Below, piece by piece: positions 38,301 through 49,968 of a stretch of DNA of 64,000 nucleotides. Origin of the DNA: Mytilus edulis (Eukaryota); the NCBI RefSeq assembly GCF_963676685.1, contig NC_092355.1, positions 52,700,001-52,764,000 on the forward strand, read 5' to 3'. The notes under the pieces are model-generated. The model ran no database searches. It saw only the letters and a program-made list of their open reading frames with translations, and was not told the origin of the DNA. Both the position numbers and the translations under genes were made by a program. Each line of letters opens with the position of its first letter. The first letter of the stretch is position 1.

Positions 38301-40164
38301 CATTACTATGACAATTTGATATGTACGAGAACTAGTCATTAGGTCTTTCCACTTTTCTGTGGAAAGACATATTGTATTTGTTTTCATTATTGGGTCATTT
38401 CACTTCGCTGTGGAAAGACCTATTGTATTTGTTCTGATTATTTTTACTTTCTGTTCAAATTTATCATGATGTTAAGATATTAGGAATATGTTATTGAACC
38501 GTTCATGCGCATTTCAAATTCGACATTGTTGAACCAAACTTATGTCTTTATAAGATATAAATAAAAAAAAAACTGTTATTATTGTGTTTGTATCTCATTG
38601 TCAACCGTAAACATGGTATACCATCTTCAAATTATTTTTTCAAAATGTTTAGTTAAATGTTTAGGATGCTATAGTCAATTTTAATCGGAGCGATAATTAG
38701 ACTCTATATGAGGGTTATTGTCCCTTTTGTTTTTGACATTCACTGTTTTCGTTATTAAACAATGGTATCATTAACTGATGCATCTGTAAAAAAAGACTAT
38801 AGAAGGTTATATACATACGCGGATGTCTAATAAAAAGTTCTAAATTGTATAATATCGTGATCAGAATATAATGTTGTCTGATAATAATAGGTGATGTGTT
38901 ATGTCCAAGGACGTAAATAATATCTCGGACATAACTATAGAACAGCCAGGACACGCTAGTTTAGTAATGTCATTTAAAAAAATTTAAACATTAGAAAAAC
39001 CAACATATCTGTTATATTTTCCCGTGCATGGAACATATACAGAATTAATTTTGGATGCAAATACTTCCTTCGATTTATAATAGTATCTTAGATATTTATT
39101 TTAAAATTAACGTTCATGAATAGTTGATAAAAATGTATTGAACATTTTATGCGCAAGCAGTAGAAAAAAAGAGTAATTATATACTGTATTGCTACAAAGG
39201 TAAAAAAATTTCACACAAAGAAAACTGTATCTGTTGTGCATGTTGCCCACATGTTCACTAAGTGACTAATAAAAAAGAACATGTCTTTAAATATTAGAAA
39301 TACACACTGTGTTTTTCTTTCCTTCATAAGTTGTTTGAATATTCCTTTAACATTTTCACTTGTGTTTTAATATTGAATTTATATAATGAATGCAATACAT
39401 AGTCAATGAATAAATTTTTCGCTGAAGAAAAAGGCAAAATAGTTACATCAAGTACATCATGTACAGTTTGTTCATTATATCTTGATCTCTTGCCAATGTT
39501 AATGCATATACTTATTGAATAAAACTTTCGTTATGCATGTAACATAAGACGTGTACATTTTCTAAGTCCTGTATACCTTTATAAAAGCTAGATGCTGATA
39601 GTTTTTTTAATCAAATCGATACCTGGTCCTGGTCCTAGTCTGTGTAACATTCGAATATATCAATTAATCTCAAGCTTATAGAATTGTTTTAAAAAAAAAC
39701 AACATTTAAACTGTAAAGATTGTATAAAAATTCCCTTAAAAAGGCTAGCAGGGAAATGTTGTCAGAATTAGTACGGCTAGAATAGTGATGGGACTTGTAA
39801 AAAGTTGTGTTCACAGAGTGACAATCTTAGTAATATGTAAAGTAATTATTTGTAAACGGAATATTCTAAAATTCAAATTGCCAAACTGTATGAAGATATG
39901 TACTGTTAAATTGCTATAATGCATACGTTGTTGATTAATATATCCTTTCAAAATAAATATGCAAAATATTAATTTTGTGTTGTTTCATTACAGGTTCCTT
40001 AAGATTCAATATCCAAAACTGTGTAAACATACATGTCTGACACACAACACAACTTACTTAAAGTTCATCAAATTCAACAAATAATTTTTTTAACGCAGAC
40101 GCTTACAAAGATTGAAGTTAATAGCAAATTTGACATGAAGTAAATTAAAAAAAAAAACGTTTTC

Positions 40165-40900
40165 AACAGTTTCATCAAGCAGTTCGAAATCATCATTAAG
40201 ATCATCTACAAGTTCTTGCGAAAGTCAAATGAGCTCAGTCATATATGAACAAGAGCAAAAGCAAAAGTAGAAACAACAAGATTAAAGTTTGTAGAACTAG
40301 AAACAGAAATGAAGAAAAAACAAGCGTCTCTTGATGAGCAAAAAGCAAGAGCCGACAGGTAAAAGGCAAATCTTGCAGCTGAATTAGACTTACAAGAAGC
40401 CAAACGCGAAGCTGCCGGGACAGAAGCAGAAGTTGATGCATTATCAGAATCTCCGGAATCGTCAGAAACTTCAGTTAAATATGAATTAAACATACAATCA
40501 GAGCCATTGGATGCAAAAGCTCGGACTAAGCCAACAATTAAACTTAGCAAAACAGGATGTGCAAACTAGAGTTACAAACAACAACATATTGAATCTTCAT
40601 ACCGTGTACCTGAGACTAATTTGGACCCGAGGATTGAACCCTTTATTCCGTCACAGTCTGTAGCAGGTGACTTTACTCGATATCTGTTGAAAAAAGATAT
40701 GCTTCTCTCTAGACTTTCACAGTTTGATGACAAACCAGAGACATATCTCACATGGAAAATGTCTTTCCGTGCTGTCATGGAAGATTAAAAGTTACACCAA
40801 TGGAGGAATTAGATCTCTTAGTTAAATGGACAGGTCAAGTGTCAAAACGACACGTCATAAGCATCAAATCCGCCAACGCATCAAATCCCTCTAGAGCTCA
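40165..40900 (+). mobile_element. BEL/Pao gag fragment
   Basis: Ser-rich and coiled-coil segment, then GDFTRYLLKKDMLLSRLSQFDDKPETYLTWKMSF..VTPMEELDLLVKW; stops and frameshifts. Confidence 0.75.
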
Positions 40901-41189
40901 TTAGTTCATCCTGAATTTAGATTGGTTCGTTTGGCTTTTGCCTTATTTTTCAGTGCTGTATGTTGTGCCTGTTAAACAAGAAATCATACTATTAGTATAA
41001 TATAACTACTCTTTGTAAGTGGCTCATCAATGTGTTATAAGAGTAACACGACGAAATTGTCATGCGGTGCTAGAAAAGCTTGTCCTTCCGTACCACTCCC
41101 TACTTTTTTTAAGGACTCAGAAAATGGTTTTCAAAAGTTTGTTTTCTGTCTAGTGCATTATTATTTCTTTTAATCTTTTCGTCGATTTT

Positions 41190-43225
41190 AATAAATGGCC
41201 ACGGTGTAGATGTTGTTTTTTTTTATTAAATTCTGACATAATGTTTTTTTCCCTTCGGATGACCAATTGTTCATGCAAATTTCGTAGTCCCAATTGAAGA
41301 CGCGTTTACATATACGAGTGTCGTCCATTGATATAAGTTTGTTCCAATACCTTATCATATTGCACCATCGTCGTTCCTGTGAGTTCACCAACCAACGTCA
41401 CCGTTTATTGCAAATGTCGGTGCAAATTTATGGACGCCAAAAAAATTACGAATTGCTTTGTTCTGGATTTGATTCAAGTAAGCAAAGTCTTTGTATCCCC
41501 AGATCGAAGAGCTTTAGTCAAACTCTGGTACTACACAAGAAGTAAAAAGTTTCTCAAAAGTTTTAATTCCGAAGTCTTTTATATGATGAATCATGGAGAT
41601 CATAACTCCTCCTAAGTGTGCTATAAACAGTTTCGTATAAAAAAAACTAGGGGTTATTCCCCGACTAAAAATAACCATGGAGAAAAACCCCTGTTTATTT
41701 ACTTACTTGGTGAAAAATTATCATGTTTTTTGTATTTGATTGTAAAAATTAGTTAATTAGCTTTCAATTAAAACAGGTTGAATGATTGAAATAATTTTGA
41801 AAATTATATTAAATATACATATTTCGAGGGGAGACAACACTGTAAACAGTCTGTTTTTTTAGCAGTGAAAATTGAAAACTTATTTGCAGCTACTGTAGCT
41901 CTTTTAGGAGCAGGAGACCGTACCCTGAAACAAGATTTTTTTGAAAGGCCACGTAAAAACCTACAAAATTCATACAGTTTTGATTATGAAAAATGTGCAT
42001 GGATCATGTCTTCATTGGTGTGCACATGACCACTTTCAAGTTTTTTATGTTAAAATTATACCTTTTTCCCCCATGTTCATTGGATGAAATTTTTATAATA
42101 TATTAAAAGTACACATTATTTTTATTTCATTATAAACTAGAGAACATTCTGAATCCAGTGATATCTAGTTTTATACAAGTATCTTTATTAATCAGTCCAC
42201 CAGTAAGGGTCACATATGCATGGTCCCTCAAAACATGACGTCATAGAAAAAAACTGTTGATTGCACCCTAAAGCTCTACCTCCAGCTTCTGATAGTCTAT
42301 TTGCGTTGTCTATAAAGTCCTTTAGGTCGTGAAAAATTACACCGAGGTATTTGTATTTGTCAGTCGTTTGAAGTAGATTGTAACCGATTATGAACTGGAA
42401 TTCACTTTTAGATCGAGACGGACGAAAATGCATAACTTTTGATTTCTCTGTATTTATCAAAACACGCCATCGCTTGCACCACTCATGGACTTTATCAAGC
42501 ATGCATTGCATGTCAGTTTCGGATGATGCCAATAAGACTATGTCGTACGCATACAAAAGTAACGAAAGCATTGATTCGTCCACATTTACACCAAGTCCGA
42601 GATTGTTTACTTCCTGTACCAGATCGTTGATAAAAATCGAAAATAACGTTGGGGATAAATTATCCCCTTGTTTATCACCAGAAGTGCATACAAACCACTG
42701 TGAAAGTTTTTTGTTGACACGAACACAAGCAGAAGTTTTAAGGTAAATGTTTTTAATCGAGATGTAAATTTTCCTATCAATGTTATTTAACAAAAGCTTA
42801 TATAACAGCAAATCTCGGTCAACAAAATCGAACGCTTTTTTAAGATCAATAAAGGTTGCAAATGAAGTCTTCAGATTTCTAGATACAGCATTAAGAGTAA
42901 ATACATGATTCTCACACGATCGATCGGAGCGAAAACCATTTTGTTCGTCTGCTAAAATATCGTTGGACTCTAAATATAATGATAATCGACTGTTTATGAA
43001 TGCACTGTACAGTTTTGATATACAAGAAAGTAAACTAATTCCACTAGGCCTGTAATTGAGAGGTACACGTGGATCTGAAGATTTGTCTTTTAGAATTGGA
43101 CAAAGTATAGTCTGTCTCCCAACAGACGGAATTATACCGGTTTCAAAAATCAGTTGGAACAAGGAATGAATCACGGCCACTATAGGTTCAAACTTCAGTA
43201 CTTCGTATGGAATACTATCTATATT
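41190..43225 (-). mobile_element. Degenerate CR1/L2-group LINE RT, interrupted by a MITE
   Basis: ORF 42188-43180: LNYRP.GISLLS, EQNGFR, FIDLKKAFD, QGDNLSPTLF, LLYAYD, YKYLGV; frame resumes left of 41615 (RALGG.., IRYWNKLISMDDTR). Confidence 0.85.
41616..42268. mobile_element. PIF/Harbinger-like MITE, 653 bp, TAA TSD
   Basis: TAA|GTGTGCTATAAACAGTTT ... AAACTGTTGATTGCACCC|TAA; removing it restores the LINE codons GRALGG. Confidence 0.75.
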
Positions 43226-43906
43226 AAGACAACATCAACTAAGGTACATTATTTACTACACATGTACATGTAGTGTGATACAACCTATGGTACATCCATA
43301 TATTGTATATGAACTGGTCAAGCTGTATTATTAATTATTCAAAGATTCATGGTATGTAATGACTATATAAGACTAAAAAACCTTCGTAAGTCTACGTGTC
43401 ATCGTACGTCAATCGTTAACAAATCGTAGGTTTTACAGCCGTTTCACAAAGTTGTCGTAAGTTAAGATGATCGTAAATAATACGCAAATCTTGGCTTAAC
43501 GTACATTATGTACTACAGCTTTACCCAGTCGTAGCTTTTCTACGAATATGAAATAAACCATCCATATAGATCTAGTACTTAAGATCGAAGTGTTCTTTAT
43601 TCTCGACCAAGATGCCGCTAACGTTAGATAAGGAAGACGAGAAAGAATCTTAAATATATCTTCATCGTTTGATCAAAATTTTGACTTTGGTAGAATCAGA
43701 TTAATCTAGCTTTGATTCCCACAAAACCTTAAAAAACTTAGTTATTAATCACTTTGAATTCATTATATTTCCTTCAGGCTTCAGTCAAAACAATTAAATA
43801 AGCAGACTATCTATCACGTCTGCGTTCTGATATCTATTTATTATTATCACTGCAGACACAGTGGTAATAGAAAAGACGTTTAAAAAAGGATGTCTTATTC
43901 CCAATA

Positions 43907-44546
43907 TCTATACTATTAAACGAGAAGACCTCCTTTTGTGTGTCGCTTCTCTTCCATCCACAATAAATTAATCATCATGCCTCTGTGTCCTATAGGTACC
44001 ATGCATAGTAGCATTTGTCATCTATTCTTCTGACTAGTCAGTTTGGGTTTTTTTGGAAGAAAAACGAAAATAAAGGCGTCCGGATATATATATATATACC
44101 GTCATCAAACCAATTTTTGGATTTTGGGTGCTTTGATTTTTTTCTTTTTTCCCCGGACAACCTTTTTTTCGCCTTTGGCGATAAACAATCTATTTTTTTT
44201 GGCGTTACATATAGTGGCAGCTGAGGGTGAAACAAACAAATTTTTCTTCCCCGGGTCCAAATCAAACCGGAAACAATCTTTAAAAAAAAACCACAGCCCC
44301 AGCTAGAATACGTATGTTCATAGCATACATATACACGAAAATAATGGAATTTAGCAATAAACCAATAACGAATTTTGGGGAAAAAGGGGGAGGACATAAA
44401 ATAATTGTCCTGTCTCCAAGTACCTATGAATTGTGATACCTTTTCTGAAATTCTCCAGACATAAAATCTTTAGAAAATTTCTCCCTGCTACAGTTGACAT
44501 ACTTTCAAGCAAGCCATAAATGCTCGCGATTTCGCGGGTGTTTCAG
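43907..44546 (+). mobile_element. Non-autonomous Helitron
   Basis: A|TCTATACTATTAAA 5' end; 3' hairpin ctcgcg-attt-cgcggg then TCAG|T (CTAG variant). Confidence 0.65.
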
Positions 44547-45048
44547 TAATTAATAATAAGTCAGAATAAACCTTCTGATGGAAAAAAACAAATAAATTTG
44601 GCGTTTAAGGAAAGAATACGCAGATCTCATGACAACTGAATCAAATTCATTAATCGTTTAAGAAAAATGCAAAGAGTGTCCCTTTTTTATTGTAAGAAAA
44701 TTTGACTCAAGTGAAATTCATATTGCTGCTACTTTATTCACAATATTTATATAGTTATTTTCTTGATAAATATATAAATATATAAATATTGTATGTTTGA
44801 TTCTAATAAATTATTGCGACATTTTTAATATTGTATGTTTTGCATATCTGACTATGCGATATGGAATTCGCTCATTATTGAAGGCTGAACGGTGACATAT
44901 AGTTTTTAATTTAATAGAGTTGTCTCATTGGCAATAATACCACATCTTTTTTTATATTTGTCCTGTAAATCAAATGATCATTGTATTCGAATTGTACAGT
45001 TTAGATAATTTTATTGACTGTCAATTTTGTTGTTTTACATTAAGTTAT

Positions 45049-45197
45049 AGTTATTGACCAAGCAAGTCGGTATATGCCATTTAATCTGCACAGCACGAGA
45101 TGACCCAATAACCCGAAGGACGTAGGAGTTCGGGTTATTGGGTCATCTCGTGCTGTGCAGATTAAATTACATATACCGATTTGATTGGCCAATAACT
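45049..45197. repeat. ~150-bp near-perfect hairpin, terminus of a fold-back element
   Basis: tttaatctgcacagcacgagatgacccaataacccgaa ... ttcgggttattgggtcatctcgtgctgtgcagattaaa. Confidence 0.8.
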
Positions 45198-46689
45198 GTT
45201 TTAACACATGACGCAATCAATTTACGTGAACGTTTTAGAAATGCGGACGTTATTCCGCAATCCACGAATCCTAGAAAAGTTTCTTGTAGGATAAAGAAAG
45301 GGGGAAATACGACTCTGGTAAGTTTAAAATTAATATATTTTTTTTTATGTTTAGACTCATTCTAAAATTGCGATTTAATGGTTATACTATATTTATTTTG
45401 ATCGTTTCCGTGATATTTATTCCAAGTTTTTATCAAATTGAATTGGTGACGATGAAGACTTTGACAAATTGTGTACTTTCAAATTGGAGTATGAAAAAAA
45501 AATAACTGCAAGGGTTATTGAGTTTAAATAGTTTCAATTGCTTTTGAATTTCTTTCCCTCAGTGATATGCTTAGAGAAAAAAAGAACCGAGGAAGATGTT
45601 ATATTACCTAAATTTCAAATATTAAATAAACAGTAAATACATTTCTCTTTCAAAACCTTTTACTTCCCTACTTCCCGCACCCCCCCCCCCCCCCTCAAAT
45701 TCAAATTTCCTTTTTAACTACCGTATTTAAAAAAAAACCACGTCCATCTAAATGAAATCTGATTGATCTCCAGCTAATCCCCGTTTTGAAACTAGCCTTT
45801 ATATGATCCTCATTAAATTCGATCCAAAAATAGTCCCTTTATAGGAATAGATATAAAAAAAGTCGTTTTAAATTCCATTCAGTCTGAAACTAATCCAAAT
45901 CAGATTTCTTTTATTCGGATATTCTTAGATACATTTCTTTTTTGGTAGAAATTACCAAAAATTGTTTTAACTATCTTTCTAACTTTCAAACACTGATTTA
46001 GATTTACGTTGTACACAAAATATAATAAAACAGTTTATGTCCCAGCTAAGATAAAAAAAAATATAAAGGAATGAAAAACCTTTCTTTTGCCTATTTTGAA
46101 ACTACGGTGTTTTTACGAAGTTCAACTTTGTCGTAATTTTAAGTCAGATGGTGGATTCGGGGTGGGGCGAACAGGTCTTTAACCCTTGGATTGGACCAAG
46201 TATCGTGTTTTAGCTTAAAATCGTCAATATTGTCGTTAGTCTCGCTACACTCGGGGATTTTTTTTTAATTTGATAGAATAACGCCCCTTTCAAAATCTAG
46301 AAACGGCCCCTTAATGTAAAAATAGTTTTGAACTGTGCAGTATATCTGAGGTAGTTAATGCACACCTAAGTTTGCTGTGCATTATTCAGATTATAACACA
46401 GTTAGAACAAAGATATTTTAGGATGAAAAATGTTGTCCTGCCTTTTTTTTTAGTTGTAATCTCTGTCCTGCCTTTCTATTTTTCACTCTATCCGATCCTG
46501 CTTTTTTTTTTTAGTTTATCCTGACTTTCTTACATAAATTGTCATCCTGACTTTTTTTTTACTCAAAACTCCTGTCCTGCCTATTTTTTTTCAAATTTCA
46601 TCCTAGCCTCCCCATAAAAATCAAAGGTAGCTCCCTTATGCATTTCCCTTGGAGTTTGCAATGTCTTTTTTATTTTACTTTTAAGTCTT

Positions 46690-47175
46690 TGCATTTGCAT
46701 TTAGATATCGCAGATCAAATTTATTCATTTATAGTGTATCAATATTCGTTTTTTGATTGAGATAAGCCTGCCAATTAATATTTTACCGTGTGTTTTTCTA
46801 TGTAGTAATGTTATGCTATTGTTTCAGAAAAAGGGAGAAGATTTAGATCCTTTAAAACATTTAATCCTGCTGCAAATGTTTGCACCTGTCCTAAGTCAGG
46901 AATCTTATGTACAGTAGTTGTCGCATGTATATGTAATGTATACGTGTTTCTCGTTTCTCGTTTTTTTTTTTATATATATTAGACCGCTGGTTTTCCGTTT
47001 GAATGGTTTTACACTAGTAATTTTAGGGCCTTTTATAGCTTTTTGTTCGGTGTCAGCCAAGGCTCCGTGTTTAAGGCCTTACATTGACCTATAACGGTTT
47101 ACTTTTAATTTTAAATTGTTATTTGGATGGAGAGTTTTCTCACTGGCACTCACACCACATCTTCCTATATCTATT
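46690..47175 (+). mobile_element. 5'-truncated 3'-end copy of the same Naiad subfamily as 58060-61800 (includes twister-like motif 46815-46918)
   Basis: Co-linear with the reverse complement of 58060-58535; ends cactcacaccacatcttcctatatct. Confidence 0.85.
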
Positions 47176-47679
47176 TGCTTTGATACAAACAGAAATTAGA
47201 TTCTTGACCTGCCGAACTCGAAGGAAGTACGCTTGCACGGGATTCCATAGTCGTCCACCAATAAGAAACTGGCTTATTAGAATAAGAGTTGGAATACTTC
47301 TTTCAAGGTTAATGCGTCAAAAGCACGATAATACGATTATTAAATATTCCAAATATTCCCACGACGCGACTAACAAAGCGTTTCCAACACTCCACTAAAC
47401 ACAAACAACAAAACATGCGTTGAAGTCATCCGAAACGAGTGCCTGATTGGTGAAAAAAAATGTTTATCCAATTCTTGAACCAATGCATGTATATATCATC
47501 AACTAAGTCTTCTCACGGTGCACGATTTGATCATTTTTTTACCCAAAAATATCGTATAAACGTCACTTTTCTCTCTCTGTCTGTTATAAATTGAAAAATA
47601 TTGCCGCTCATTAACTGTTGCGTTTTGAAGACGTAGTTTACTGATTTTCACCTTAAAGTGAACAATCAACAAAGAAGTT

Positions 47680-48210
47680 GTTAGTGGCTTTAAACTAGCT
47701 GTCAGATAACTGCGAGTACTCTCAGATATGTTCATTGTGTCTTTTTGTGTCGGGATGTATAAGTACCCGGCAACGTCCACTTGTATTTGTTTGTCTATCT
47801 GATGAGTTAAGCCTTTTTCAACTGATTTTTATAGTTCGTTGTTATGTTGTACTGTTATACCACTGTCCCAGGTTAGGGGGAGGGTTGGGATCCCGCTAAC
47901 ATATTTAACCCCGACACATTATTTATGTATGTGCCTGTCCCAAGTCAGGAGCTTGTAATTCAGTGGTTGTCGTTTGTTTATGTGTTACATATTTGTTTTC
48001 GTTCATTTTTTTTAACTTAAAGAAGGCCGTTAGTTTTCTCGTTTGAATTGTTTTACATTGTCTTGTCGGGGCCTTTTATAGCTGACTATGCGGTATGGGC
48101 TTTGCTCATTGTTGAAGGCCGTACGGTGACCTATAGTTGTTAATGTTTGTGTCATTTTGGTCTTTTGTGGATAGTTGTCTCATTGGCAATCATACCACAT
48201 ATTCTTTGTA
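47680..48210 (+). mobile_element. Penelope/Naiad-related 3'-module repeat, second family (twister-like motif 47859-47967)
   Basis: Shares ordered blocks with the Naiad 3' UTR: ctagctgtcag.taactgcgagtactctc, gagttaag..aa[c/t]tgat, cctgtcc[c/t]aagtcagg, aggccgtac, gttgtctcattggca..accaca. Confidence 0.8.
47859..47967 (+). ncRNA. Type-P5 twister-ribozyme-like motif, second family (another copy at 9442-9549)
   Basis: ACCACUG..CAGGUU-a-GGGG-GA-GGG-[linker]-UAA-CCCC-G(A/C)-CACAU..AUGUG-CCUG-UCCC-AA-GU-CAGG-AGC(C/U)UG..CAGUGGU. Confidence 0.62.
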
Positions 48211-48632
48211 TATAATCAACAAAGAAGCACGGATATTGAGCACGTGTAAAACATGTATATTTAGATAATAGTTTATCTAAATGACAGATCCATGCGTATT
48301 GCGATCTTTAATAACTTGTATAATTATTTTTGACATTCATACATTATAACATTAATTCAACACTTTGTAAAATTTTGTATTTTCAGCTTTTTATCATTTA
48401 TTAGATTGACTCTTAATTAAAGTATCAGCACCTGCTAGTTATTATAACATTCTATCCGCTCTATAAGTCTCTATATTTTAAATTTCTCCCACGCAAATGA
48501 AGGTGTTATATGAATCTTTCTGTGGACTGTAATCCTTTAAACTAGTACGCAGTGTCTCGCCTACTATTGATGTTAGTCGGAGGGCTCAGGCTCAACAAAA
48601 ATCAGGAACACAATACTATTTTTTTTTCTCTG

Positions 48633-48884
48633 AAGTACGTCCATTATTCATTTTTCATTATTCAAAGTTAGCTGATTAACAGATGGTTATAGTCAATATG
48701 TTCCGCAATTCGGGGCTGACGGTTCAAAATAAGCTACATATGTATTTATATAATGTTCCGCCACGCGCATTTCGATTTTTAGGTCCTTTGTTACTTCTTT
48801 AATCTGCCTTGCGGAACATATTGACTTTATACATCTATTAATAAGCTAATTTTGAATAATGAAAACTTAATAATTGGCGTACTT
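48633..48884. mobile_element. ~250-bp fold-back MITE
   Basis: aagtacg..ttattcaaagttagct..agtcaatatgttccgcaa / ttgcggaacatattgact..agctaattttgaataa..cgtactt. Confidence 0.65.
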
Positions 48885-49968
48885 GAGCGCGGTTATTAGC
48901 TTTCTATGCCAATGGGAAAAGTTTTTAGAAGTCGTAACCAGAAAAATTAATGACGCAACTCCGACATTGACGTTTAATCTGTGTTTTTAGAAAATCTATG
49001 TTGTATAACCAAAACGGCAACAATATGGAGAGTCACTACGATTTAAAAAAAAAAGCTTTATGTTAGACTTGCAACCAACAAAGACTGCTCTCTTGTTTGC
49101 CTACAATCGAGCAAGTTATCATTCAAACAACATGGTGTAAGAGTCAGCATACACTCAAACAAATGAATGACATCACAACAAGCAAAGACGTTAAAAGCGG
49201 CACCTTATGAATATGGTTTGCGATAAATTTGCAATGGTCCAACCCCGGTTCTATCACTTGTCTTATAAAATCATGATATTTTCAGAATTTATTATGCTTT
49301 TACAAAGGAACAAAGACTTAAAGAAGAGAATGCGTTTTGTGTTTGCCCATACATTTGTTTATAGTAAGGATCTTTTTGCTTTTGAGAAAGCTGTCTTCAT
49401 ATTTCATTATCATGATTAATGTGCCATTCGGTTTCTTGCGGAGATTTGTTTTATTGGCAATCAATTCAATTCAATTCTTTATTACTTTAATCAAACCACA
49501 TCTTCTTTTTCATATTTACTGCAGGGTTTGTTACTCATGCTGTGTGGATGCAGTAGAAAGTGTCCACGCGCCTGTAGTCTATGCCCTTATATTTTTATAG
49601 TTAGGTTTTTTTTTGCTTGTGAGAGATTTGTCTACATATTCCATTATCATGATTAATGTGTCATTTTGTCTCTTGTGGATAGTTGTCTCATTGGCAATCA
49701 TACCACATCTTCTTTTTTAAATCTCGGTTTTACAGAGTATGTCCTTTTCAAGAAAGCAATCTCTGTTCAAATCTAGTTATAAGTCAATAGAGCGTTGACG
49801 ACGAAAATGGTGAAGCTGTTTCTCCCGTTTTGATGATTTCACACTAGTTAACTTTGATTGATTTAAAAGGTCCAAGAGTGAAGAGGCGCTCCGATTATTA
49901 ATACTTTCTCTTAATAAGGTCAACAACACTTTCGAGTATCATTTTGGTATTCGATACAAGGTACTACC

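Noticed and set aside
47795-47840. CTGATGAG as a hammerhead core
   Set aside because: No stem II followed by GAAA, and the homologous positions read ctgattag (9.4 kb) and tgattgag (Naiad)
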